Shown here: positions 9,266 to 16,651 of the stretch, piece after piece
Numbering within the stretch: the stretch's first letter is position 1
Layout of the letters: each line of letters opens with the position of its first letter
Assembly (NCBI GenBank): GCA_045636765.1
Contig: JAZTYE010000004.1
Coordinates: forward strand, 1 to 50,347
Origin: Candidatus Egerieisoma sp.
GTDB lineage: Bacteria > Bacteroidota > Bacteroidia > Bacteroidales > UBA932
Length of the DNA stretch: 50,347 bases
Reading direction: 5' to 3'
Translations under genes and position numbers: made by a program
Notes under the pieces: generated by a model
Seen by the model: only the letters and a program-made list of their open reading frames with translations
What the model was told of the DNA's origin: nothing
Databases searched by the model: none

Positions 9266-9366
9266 TATAAATCAATGTGTTAATTTTTAATTCTTTACAA
9301 CTTTTATAATTCTGTAATTTTTATTTCACTATAAATCAGTCAGTTGTACAAAAGGACAACGTAACT
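9238..9366 (-). repeat. Perfect 25-bp inverted repeat (arms 9238-9262 and 9342-9366) enclosing the hydF stop, a 79-nt A/T-rich spacer and the hydE start
   Basis: AGTTACGTTGTCCTTTTGTACAACT is the exact reverse complement of AGTTGTACAAAAGGACAACGTAACT. The arms encode the hydF C-terminus (VTLSFCTT) and hydE codons 2-9 (SCTKGQRN). Confidence 0.9.
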
Positions 9367-10637
9367 GCGCGGGAAAAGATTCCGGTTACATAGGCAATGC
9401 ACATGCCATAGTTGGTTACAGGGATTCCGGCAGATATTACTTTTTTAATGCGGTTGTTCAGCTGACGGGCAGTGACCATACAGCCACCGCATTGAAGGAC
9501 CAAAGAGAAACCATCCAACGGAGGGAGTTCATCCAGGCCGGAAACAAATGTAAAGTTGAGCTTGCAACCGCTTTTTTTCTGCAGCATGGCAGGAATCTTT
9601 ACACGACCGATATCATCGCAAGAGGTATGGTGGGTGCATGATTCCAAAACTAGAATATTGTCACCTTCCTTAAGATTATCAATGGCCGAAACGCCCTTTA
9701 TATACTCCTGGAAATTACCTTTGGCACGGGCCATCAGTACGCTGAAGCTTGTAAGTGGCAACTCCTGCGGCACAATTGCAGCAACCTGCTTGAACACCTG
9801 ACTGTCGGTGACCACCATTTTTGGGCGCTGGACACAACCTGCAGCGCCAGTCTCCAAGGTAGCGGAAGCGCCATCACAGGCAGCCGGGCCATCTACACCA
9901 CAAGTCCCATCCACAGGCAACACACCGCATTTCTGCAGATACCCTTCCAGCTGCTCCGGCTGAAGCACCGTTGCAACACCACCATTATCCAAAATATCCC
10001 TTATGGCCATAACCTGAGGCAAAATAAGACGCCCGGCAGGAGCCTCAGAATCTATAGGGCACACCAGTACAAAATTGTCACCCTCCTCTACAAGCCCCTC
10101 CATAATTGTCCTCTCACGGCCACTCAAAAGAAGCCCCTTTACAATAAATGCCATAAGCATATCCACAGCATCCCTCTGCTCCTGCTCATCTGTCATGCGG
10201 CAAGAGAACTCAAGCACATCACAACCGTACATGTTAGTAAGATCCCCTGCAACTCCGCAATCCAGCGGCACCAGATCAGACTGGTTATGCACCACCACAA
10301 CAGGCACATCATTCTCTTTGAACTTTAGCAGCAAGTCCTTTTCCTCCTTCCCGAAAACATTCTGCGTAAAGACAAGAATGGCCATATCAATCTCATCAAT
10401 AACCTTGAGGCTCTTTTCAACCCTCTTGGCTCCAACTTCACCCAAATCATCCACACCGGCTGTATCAATCAGCTGTATAGGTCCTATATCTGGAATCTCC
10501 ATCCTCTTTTTCACCGGGTCTGTAGTTGTACCGGCCTGTGGCGAAACAATGGCAACTTCCTGCCCCAACAACATGTTTATAAGAGAACTTTTTCCCACGT
10601 TTCTCTTACCAAAAATTCCAATATGTCTAAGCTTCAT
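9336..10637 (-). CDS. hydF: [FeFe]-hydrogenase H-cluster maturation GTPase HydF
   Basis: P-loop GKRNVGKSSLIN, DTAG and HNQSD GTPase motifs. The C-terminal cluster-binding region carries ESCTHH and LQCGGCM. It is adjacent to hydE. Confidence 0.88.
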   Translation of the reverse strand: MKLRHIGIFGKRNVGKSSLINMLLGQEVAIVSPQAGTTTDPVKKRMEIPDIGPIQLIDTAGVDDLGEVGAKRVEKSLKVIDEIDMAILVFTQNVFGKEEKDLLLKFKENDVPVVVVHNQSDLVPLDCGVAGDLTNMYGCDVLEFSCRMTDEQEQRDAVDMLMAFIVKGLLLSGRERTIMEGLVEEGDNFVLVCPIDSEAPAGRLILPQVMAIRDILDNGGVATVLQPEQLEGYLQKCGVLPVDGTCGVDGPAACDGASATLETGAAGCVQRPKMVVTDSQVFKQVAAIVPQELPLTSFSVLMARAKGNFQEYIKGVSAIDNLKEGDNILVLESCTHHTSCDDIGRVKIPAMLQKKSGCKLNFTFVSGLDELPPLDGFSLVLQCGGCMVTARQLNNRIKKVISAGIPVTNYGMCIAYVTGIFSRAVTLSFCTTD

Positions 10638-10680
10638 ACTCTTTCCTTTTTATTACTGGCGAGAGTTCTCCCCATCCTTA

Positions 10681-10688
10681 CAAAGATA
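10681..10688 (-). promoter_or_regulatory. Candidate -7 box (TAnnTTTG) for hydF-hydE
   Basis: The minus strand reads TATCTTTG, 44 nt upstream of the hydF ATG. Confidence 0.35.
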
Positions 10689-10705
10689 ATACTTTAACCG
10701 CATTT

Positions 10706-10733
10706 ATCCGTATATAAACGTTTATAAACGGAT
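10706..10733. promoter_or_regulatory. 28-nt near-perfect palindrome, a candidate operator upstream of hydF
   Basis: ATCCGTATATAAACGTTTATAAACGGAT has 13 of 14 symmetric pairs and also contains TATAAACG twice with a 10-nt period. It ends 17 nt upstream of the candidate hydF -7 box. Confidence 0.4.
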
Positions 10734-10881
10734 AGCAGCAGAGATCTTACAACTGGGAAATTCCCAAAAAAGAAAAACTTTAATGCAAGGTTGAATATTT
10801 TTCTTTTTCAGAAACAGTTTCTTCTGCGCAACATTTACTTTTACAACAAGACAAAACTTATACCAATAAAAAAACAATGTT

Positions 10882-11022
10882 ATGAAAAGATTAGGCACAA
10901 ACTTCTGGCGCGATGCCGCCATTTTTATGGCCGCTCTGGCCATCTTCTTTCTCATCTATATAATTGTTGTCTATTGGCCAAATATTGTGGAGGGATTCAA
11001 CAGAGGCTGGAACGGACAGTAG
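10882..11022 (+). CDS. Possible 46-aa single-pass membrane peptide (unannotated small ORF)
   Basis: An ATG-initiated ORF encodes MKRLGTNFWRDAAIFMAALAIFFLIYIIVVYWPNIVEGFNRGWNGQ, with one clear hydrophobic helix. It lies in the 513-bp hydF/deaD divergent region. There is no homology evidence. Confidence 0.25.
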   Translation: MKRLGTNFWRDAAIFMAALAIFFLIYIIVVYWPNIVEGFNRGWNGQ

Positions 11023-11042
11023 GTTATATGGTGCATTTTCAC

Positions 11043-11050
11043 TACTTTTG
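11043..11050 (+). promoter_or_regulatory. Candidate -7 box for the DEAD-box helicase gene (long leader)
   Basis: TACTTTTG lies about 100 nt upstream of the ATG at 11151. Confidence 0.3.
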
Positions 11051-11150
11051 CCGCAAAATTATTGGGCATGACTTTATACAGCCTCACAACAGGGAATTTC
11101 CACCTGTCGGGAAGCTGGATGGGTACATTCCCATTGGCAACAGAAATTAA

Positions 11151-12794
11151 ATGGAATCAAAAACTTTTCAGGAGCTGGGCCTTAACAGCTACATAATTAA
11201 GGCAATTGGGGAGATGGGATTTGAGAAACCGACTCCGGTACAGGAGAGAATAATCCCTACACTTCTTTCTGAGCAGGGAGACATTGTATGCCTTGCACAA
11301 ACAGGAACCGGAAAAACTGCCGCTTTTGGTCTTCCGGCATTGGAGAGAATTGTAGAGCACAATTTGGGCAGATATACCCAAGTGCTTGTGCTCAGCCCTA
11401 CAAGGGAACTGTGCAAACAGATCACACAGGACTTGAGAAACTATGCCAAATATTTGCCTGATTTCTGTATTGTAGATGTTTATGGCGGAGCCGGAATTGA
11501 GCCCCAGATTAAGGCACTCAAAAAGATTCCTCATATTGTAGTTGCCACTCCCGGCAGATTGCTGGATTTGATAGGTAGAAAAGCTGTAGACCTTAGCGGC
11601 ATCCATACACTTATCCTTGATGAGGCTGATGAGATGCTGAACATGGGCTTTAAGGAGGATTTAGATGCAATTCTGGAGAGTGTTCCACAGGAGAAACGTG
11701 TATTGCTATTCTCTGCAACCCTTCCTTTGGAGGTGGAGAAGATTGCAAAAACCTACATGAAGGATGCGCAGGTAGTGGAAGTTGGCCTGAGGAACAGCGG
11801 CTCCAATAATGTAAAGCACTACTGTTATGTTGTGCACGAGAAAGACCGCTACCCTGCCCTTAAGCGTGTAGTTGACTATTACCCGGATATTTACGGAATC
11901 ATTTTCTGCCGCACCCGCAGGGAGACCGGTGAGATTGCAAGCGCACTTATTAAAGACGGGTACGACGCAGATGCACTTCACGGAGACCTCTCACAGCAGC
12001 AGAGAGACCAGGTAATGAGAAGGTTCAAGGAAAAGAGCCTTAGCCTGCTTGTTGCAACAGATGTGGCAGCCAGGGGAATTGACGTAAATAACCTCTCACA
12101 TGTAATCAACTATAATCTTCCCGATGAAGTAGAGCAGTATACACACCGCAGCGGAAGAACCGGCCGTGCAGACAAGACAGGCAAATCCATTGTAATTATC
12201 AACACCAAGGAGCAGAGCAAAATACGCAGAATTGAGAAGATAATAAACAAGACATTTGCAATGTCAAAGCTCCCTACCGGCGAGGAGGTTTGCTCTAAAC
12301 AGCTCCTCTCCATGATTGACCACATTAATGCCGTTCAGGTAAGGGAAGAGGAGATTGCACCATATCTTTCAATTATTGAGGAGAAGTGGAGTGACCTTAG
12401 CCGTAAGGAGATTATCAAGAAGTTCCTATCTGTTGAGTTCAACAGATTCCTTGATTATTACCGCAATGCACCGGATCTTAACATTGTAGTGGAGAAGAAA
12501 AAGAAAGGTGCCACAGCAGAGGCCGAGGATGTTCCGGCATACGTTCCAAAACGTGGTGAGAAAGGTTTCAAATGGGTAAAACTTTCTATTGGAAGCAAAC
12601 AGAGCGTAACCGCCCGCACACTAATTAGGATGATGACCTCTTTGGGTGTAGGCAAGAAAGGAATTGGAAAAATTGAGATACGCCGCAGCGAGTCTTTTGT
12701 AAACATTAGCGCAAATGCCGCAAAATATGTGGTTGAGCAGACCAACAACTCAGACTGGAAAGGGCGACGCCTGTGGAGCGAGATAGTGGGATAA
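11151..12794 (+). CDS. deaD: DEAD-box ATP-dependent RNA helicase with DbpA-type C-terminal RNA-binding domain
   Basis: Q-motif region, AQTGTGKT, DEAD (LILDEADEML), SAT and HRSGRTGR. The C-terminal part has a basic linker plus a DbpA-like domain (WVKLSIGSKQSVTARTLIRMM). Confidence 0.92.
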   Translation: MESKTFQELGLNSYIIKAIGEMGFEKPTPVQERIIPTLLSEQGDIVCLAQTGTGKTAAFGLPALERIVEHNLGRYTQVLVLSPTRELCKQITQDLRNYAKYLPDFCIVDVYGGAGIEPQIKALKKIPHIVVATPGRLLDLIGRKAVDLSGIHTLILDEADEMLNMGFKEDLDAILESVPQEKRVLLFSATLPLEVEKIAKTYMKDAQVVEVGLRNSGSNNVKHYCYVVHEKDRYPALKRVVDYYPDIYGIIFCRTRRETGEIASALIKDGYDADALHGDLSQQQRDQVMRRFKEKSLSLLVATDVAARGIDVNNLSHVINYNLPDEVEQYTHRSGRTGRADKTGKSIVIINTKEQSKIRRIEKIINKTFAMSKLPTGEEVCSKQLLSMIDHINAVQVREEEIAPYLSIIEEKWSDLSRKEIIKKFLSVEFNRFLDYYRNAPDLNIVVEKKKKGATAEAEDVPAYVPKRGEKGFKWVKLSIGSKQSVTARTLIRMMTSLGVGKKGIGKIEIRRSESFVNISANAAKYVVEQTNNSDWKGRRLWSEIVG

Positions 12795-12795
12795 A

Positions 12796-14304
12796 TTACC
12801 GCTTAAGGAGTTTGGAAACAAACTCCTTTTCTTTTGCATCCAGACAGAAGTTCCAAATAACCGCAACAGCAACCAGAACTACTGTAAACCCTACAACAAA
12901 AAACCTCAATACCCCCTCCTGAATAAAAATGCATTCAGGGATAGTAGATATTGCCAGTGCTAAAACCAGAATACCTACAGGAAGAAGCACATTCTTTGAA
13001 TACCCCCTTTTATCTAATGAAATTTTACGGCTCATATCTGCAAACAGATAAACCACATAAACCATCTGGGCCATCATGGAAATTACAAGTGCCCACACGG
13101 GTGCCGCTCCGGCCTTAAGTACAAAATAGGCTATAGGAAGTACTGCAAGGGTAATGAATCTGCCATATACCTCCATGTGTTTGAGTTTGCCTGTCGCAAC
13201 TATTATTGCCGACATTCCATATGAAAATACCGTAAAGAATGACTCCACCAAAACTATTTGGGTAAATACAACAGCATACTGGGGAACATCTTTGAGCCAT
13301 ATTCCAAGAACAAATTCTGCCTCCAGAATTAACGGAAAGAGCAACACAGCCATAAGCATTATGGAGTACTTTGAATTTTTCTCAAACAGGAGAATCATCT
13401 CCCTGTAATTGCCTGCTGCATATGATTTTATTATCTGTGGTCTTGCCGGTGTTGTAATGCACTCAACCATTCTCAGTACAGCTACATTTACCTGTCTGGC
13501 CACACCTGTTGCGGCATTGAGCAGAGCACCTCCAAAAAGGTTCAAAAGTACATTTACCCCTTGTTGGGTAATTGTAACCATTGTATTTCCCCAAAATGAA
13601 AGTCCCATAAAAGAGAGCATCTGCCCTACCAACCCCTTTTGCCACTGGAACCTTAGGACACTTTCCGGGAACTTTACAAGGGAAAACACCATATATGCAA
13701 TGGTTTGGGATATCTGTATGATGGCTATTGCCGCGGCATACCAGATAAGATTGTCGGGAGTACCATAAATGTTCATAAGGATTACCACACCAAGTCTTGC
13801 ACACACATCAAATATTCCCAAAAGGGCAAAGAAACCAAATCTTTCACGGGCAATTACAACTCCACTGAACGGTATCTGTACAATGGTAAAAAGTACAGCA
13901 ACCAACGAGAACTGGTATACCCACATTGTAGCAACTTCCCTTTCTGCAGGAATATTCAGCTGACTGTTTACAAACCAAAGCCCTGCACTCTCTCCAATTA
14001 CCAGAAACAGAATGAATATCATTGCAAAGATTGTAAGGGCCTGGGAAAAATATCCCCTGGTTTTGTTCATATCCCCCTCTCCCAAACCTATATTCATGAA
14101 TCTTTGTACTGCTCCCGACAGACTTCCGGAAAGGACAGTAAATATTGAGACAATTCCCCCCACAAGAGTATATATTCCAAAATCTGTCTCTCCCAAAATC
14201 TGGAGGACAATTCTGGATGTATATAAAGAAATGACCATTATGAATATCATTCTAATATACATATAGGCCGAGTTCCTTGCTATCCTTTTGTGGTTTTCTT
14301 CCAT
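12796..14304 (-). CDS. Wzx-type polysaccharide/oligosaccharide flippase (MOP superfamily)
   Basis: About 500 aa and multi-pass hydrophobic throughout, with the typical N-terminus KRIARNSAYMYIRM. I reset the start to the ATG at 14304 because the track start at 14334 is TTG. This places it 1 nt after the GT4 stop. Confidence 0.8.
   Translation of the reverse strand: MEENHKRIARNSAYMYIRMIFIMVISLYTSRIVLQILGETDFGIYTLVGGIVSIFTVLSGSLSGAVQRFMNIGLGEGDMNKTRGYFSQALTIFAMIFILFLVIGESAGLWFVNSQLNIPAEREVATMWVYQFSLVAVLFTIVQIPFSGVVIARERFGFFALLGIFDVCARLGVVILMNIYGTPDNLIWYAAAIAIIQISQTIAYMVFSLVKFPESVLRFQWQKGLVGQMLSFMGLSFWGNTMVTITQQGVNVLLNLFGGALLNAATGVARQVNVAVLRMVECITTPARPQIIKSYAAGNYREMILLFEKNSKYSIMLMAVLLFPLILEAEFVLGIWLKDVPQYAVVFTQIVLVESFFTVFSYGMSAIIVATGKLKHMEVYGRFITLAVLPIAYFVLKAGAAPVWALVISMMAQMVYVVYLFADMSRKISLDKRGYSKNVLLPVGILVLALAISTIPECIFIQEGVLRFFVVGFTVVLVAVAVIWNFCLDAKEKEFVSKLLKR
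12805..12836 (+). terminator. Rho-independent terminator of deaD, embedded in the 3' coding end of the convergent flippase gene
   Basis: 10-bp perfect stem AAGGAGTTTG/CAAACTCCTT with GAAA tetraloop, followed by TTCTTTTG. Confidence 0.65.
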
Positions 14305-14305
14305 T

Positions 14306-15469
14306 TTACCAGTTCTTATTGTAATAGTTTGCAAAGCAATTTTCTATTGAATATAGCTCCCTCACCTTTTCTGCCTTATTATTTTGCACTTCTTCCTGTC
14401 CGTTGCCTGAACTTACAGCTGCATACAACGCCTTTATTTCTCTTGCAAAATCCTTTTGTGTGTTTGGCAGAAGCTTGCCAAAACGGCCTTCCTCCAGCAC
14501 CTCCCTGAGTGCCGGAATATCTGAACATATTACGGGCAAACCGTACCCTGCCGCTTCAATTACAGAGAGTCCAAAGGTATCTTTCTGTGATGCATATACA
14601 TATCCGCTGGCTGCCGCCATAATTGCGGGCACATCTTTCCTTGCCCCCAAAAAGAATATCTCCTTATCCAACAGACCTCCCTCCCTGCATATTTCCACAC
14701 ACTCCTCAAACAACTCAGGGTATTTTGGGTGCTGTGCCCCGGCAAATAAAAATATGAAAGGAAGCTCACCGTCCTGCTGGGAAATCTGTGCCAGAGCTCT
14801 GCAGATGAGGGATTGCAACCTGCTGTCGGGAGAAAAACTTCCTGCCATTAAAAAAATTGGCTTCCCTTGTTGTTGCCAAGGCTCTCCTTTTATATTGGTC
14901 TGTTTTGAGGATGCCATAAATCTGCTCCAGTCCACTCCATTGTAGATGATTTCTCCAGAAAGTTCCCTGTAGCCATACTGTTGTGCATAAAACTCTTTTG
15001 TAACTGAGCTTACATATTTTATCTCCATTTTGGAGAGAAGTGACTTTTCCATTTTTTGCAGACAGCCCATTTTCCCTGCAAGGAACCTGAAATTGAGGTT
15101 CATGCCATGCACTGAAAGCATCTGCTTCTTTACCCCGGTAAACAAAGATGCCAGAGCAGCCCAATAGGCATCTATATTATTGTGGCAATGAATCTGCTCA
15201 ATACCATTTGCTGCAATGTATTTTCTGAGCAAACGGATGAATTTTAATGTAGCCGCACCACCCTTATTGCATGGGATATATTGCACCCTCCCTGCAAATG
15301 CTTCATTAAAAAGTTCAACCCTATCTGCATTGCTCCGGTGCATATACACAAGGTGAAACTCAATATTGCCGGCTTCCCCATTCAGGGCATGGCGTGCCAG
15401 ATCCAGAACCAGATTCTCCGCACCACCAATATTAAGGGAACCCAATATGTGCAATATCTTCCTTTTCAT
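14306..15469 (-). CDS. Glycosyltransferase, GT4 family (GT-B fold)
   Basis: N-terminal ILHILGSLNIGGAE and the C-terminal E-x7-E region DTFGLSVIEAAGYGLPVICSD. Confidence 0.85.
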   Translation of the reverse strand: MKRKILHILGSLNIGGAENLVLDLARHALNGEAGNIEFHLVYMHRSNADRVELFNEAFAGRVQYIPCNKGGAATLKFIRLLRKYIAANGIEQIHCHNNIDAYWAALASLFTGVKKQMLSVHGMNLNFRFLAGKMGCLQKMEKSLLSKMEIKYVSSVTKEFYAQQYGYRELSGEIIYNGVDWSRFMASSKQTNIKGEPWQQQGKPIFLMAGSFSPDSRLQSLICRALAQISQQDGELPFIFLFAGAQHPKYPELFEECVEICREGGLLDKEIFFLGARKDVPAIMAAASGYVYASQKDTFGLSVIEAAGYGLPVICSDIPALREVLEEGRFGKLLPNTQKDFAREIKALYAAVSSGNGQEEVQNNKAEKVRELYSIENCFANYYNKNW

Positions 15470-15484
15470 ACTCCCGATAAAGGT

Positions 15485-15534
15485 AATAAAAAAAGCTGTT
15501 TAGTTGTCAACTGAAACATCTAAACAGCTTTTTT
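15485..15534 (-). terminator. Hairpin terminator downstream of tRNA-Arg (bidirectional shape)
   Basis: Stem AGCTGTTTAG/CTAAACAGCT (15494-15503 / 15520-15529) flanked by an A-run and a T-run. The loop is 16 nt. Confidence 0.5.
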
Positions 15535-15535
15535 G

Positions 15536-15607
15536 TAGCCCCAACAGGACTCGAACCTGTATTTAAAGTTTAGGAAACTTTCGTTCTATCCCTTGAACTA
15601 TAGGGCC
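15536..15607 (-). tRNA. tRNA-Arg (anticodon CCT)
   Basis: The reverse complement GGCCCTATAGTTCAAGGGATAGAACGAAAGTTTCCTAAACTTTAAATACAGGTTCGAGTCCTGTTGGGGCTA was folded by hand. It gives a 7-bp acceptor stem (two G-U pairs), D arm GTTC/GAAC, anticodon stem AAAGT/ACTTT with loop TTCCTAA, and T arm ACAGG-TTCGAGT-CCTGT. CCA is not encoded. Confidence 0.9.
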
Positions 15608-15631
15608 AGGGCTGCAAATATAGCAATTTTT

Positions 15632-16624
15632 TTAATATGCCCAACGGTAAAGGATGGATCCCCATGTAAATCCGGCACCAAATGCCGACAATATTAGGGT
15701 ATCACCTTTCTTAAATTTTTCTTTGAAATCCCACAAAGCCAATGGAATTGAGGTTCCGGCAGTGTTTCCAAACTTCTCTATATTAATTAAAATCTTCTCT
15801 GTTGCCAATCCCATCCTCTTGCCGGTTGCATCAATAATACGCAAGTTTGCCTGGTGAGGGATCAAATAGGCAATATCATCTGCTGTAAGGGAGTGTTTCT
15901 CCATCATCTCAACTGAAACATCTGCCATTCTGGATACAGCATATTTGAACACCTGCTGACCCTCCTGATGGATATAGTGCTGTCTCTTCTCCACTGTCTC
16001 GCGTGTAGGCGGGTACAATGAACCGCCGGCAGTCTGGTACAGATAATGGCGGCCTACACCGTCCACATGCATTATAGCATCCTGCATACCAAGGTTGGCA
16101 TCATCGGACGGCTCAATAAGCATTGCTACGGCAGCATCACCGAACAACGGGCAGGTAGCCCTGTCCTGATAATCTGTCATACCGCTCATACGCTCACCGC
16201 ATACAAGAACCGCTTTCTTGTATTTACCGCTCTCAATAAAATTGGCAACTGTGTGGAAACTGAAAAGGAAACCGCAGCACCCTGCGTTTATGTCATAACC
16301 CCAAGCATTGAGAATTCCACATTTGTCACTGATAATGTTTGCTGTAGCAGGGAAAAGCATATCCGGGCTTACTGTTGCACAGATAAGCATGTCAATCTCC
16401 TCCGGTCTGGTTCCTGTAGTCTCAAGAAGTTTTTTAACGGCCTGCTCACCCATGAAGGATGTACCCAAACCGTCCTGTTTAAGAATTCGTCTCTCTCTGA
16501 TTCCAACACGGCTCATAATCCACTCGTCAGAAGTGTCAACCATGGTGGCAAGCTCTTGATTGGTCAAAACATAATCAGGCAAATAGGCCTCAATACCTGT
16601 AATAATAGCTCTTTTATTTGTCAT
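15632..16624 (-). CDS. fabH: 3-oxoacyl-ACP synthase III
   Basis: Active-site Cys in DINAGCCGFLF, plus PHQANLRII and GNTAGTSIP. It lies in the conserved plsX-fabH context. Confidence 0.95.
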   Translation of the reverse strand: MTNKRAIITGIEAYLPDYVLTNQELATMVDTSDEWIMSRVGIRERRILKQDGLGTSFMGEQAVKKLLETTGTRPEEIDMLICATVSPDMLFPATANIISDKCGILNAWGYDINAGCCGFLFSFHTVANFIESGKYKKAVLVCGERMSGMTDYQDRATCPLFGDAAVAMLIEPSDDANLGMQDAIMHVDGVGRHYLYQTAGGSLYPPTRETVEKRQHYIHQEGQQVFKYAVSRMADVSVEMMEKHSLTADDIAYLIPHQANLRIIDATGKRMGLATEKILINIEKFGNTAGTSIPLALWDFKEKFKKGDTLILSAFGAGFTWGSILYRWAY

Positions 16625-16651
16625 TATGTATGTAGTAGTATTTTTGTAATT

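Noticed and set aside
9263-9341. The spacer between the 25-bp inverted repeats as a classical promoter-carrying inverton.
   Set aside because: The 79-bp spacer contains no TTTG on either strand, so no TAnnTTTG -7 box in either orientation. It is shorter than the Bacteroides promoter invertons I know, and no invertase gene is adjacent. Inversion affecting the hydE start codon is kept only as a minor alternative in the main finding.
10755-11101. GGGAAATTCCC (10755-10765) and GGGAATTTCC (11092-11101) as an inverted-repeat pair flanking the small ORF.
   Set aside because: Only 10 nt match, and each copy is itself nearly self-complementary, so the inverted match is trivial. The information content is too low to call.
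12796-15607. The GT4/flippase pair as a tRNA-Arg-targeted genomic island.
   Set aside because: There is no integrase and no direct repeat of the tRNA 3' end (TTCGAGTCCTGTTGGGGCT) at the far boundary near 12795. Spot-checked lines look compositionally ordinary.
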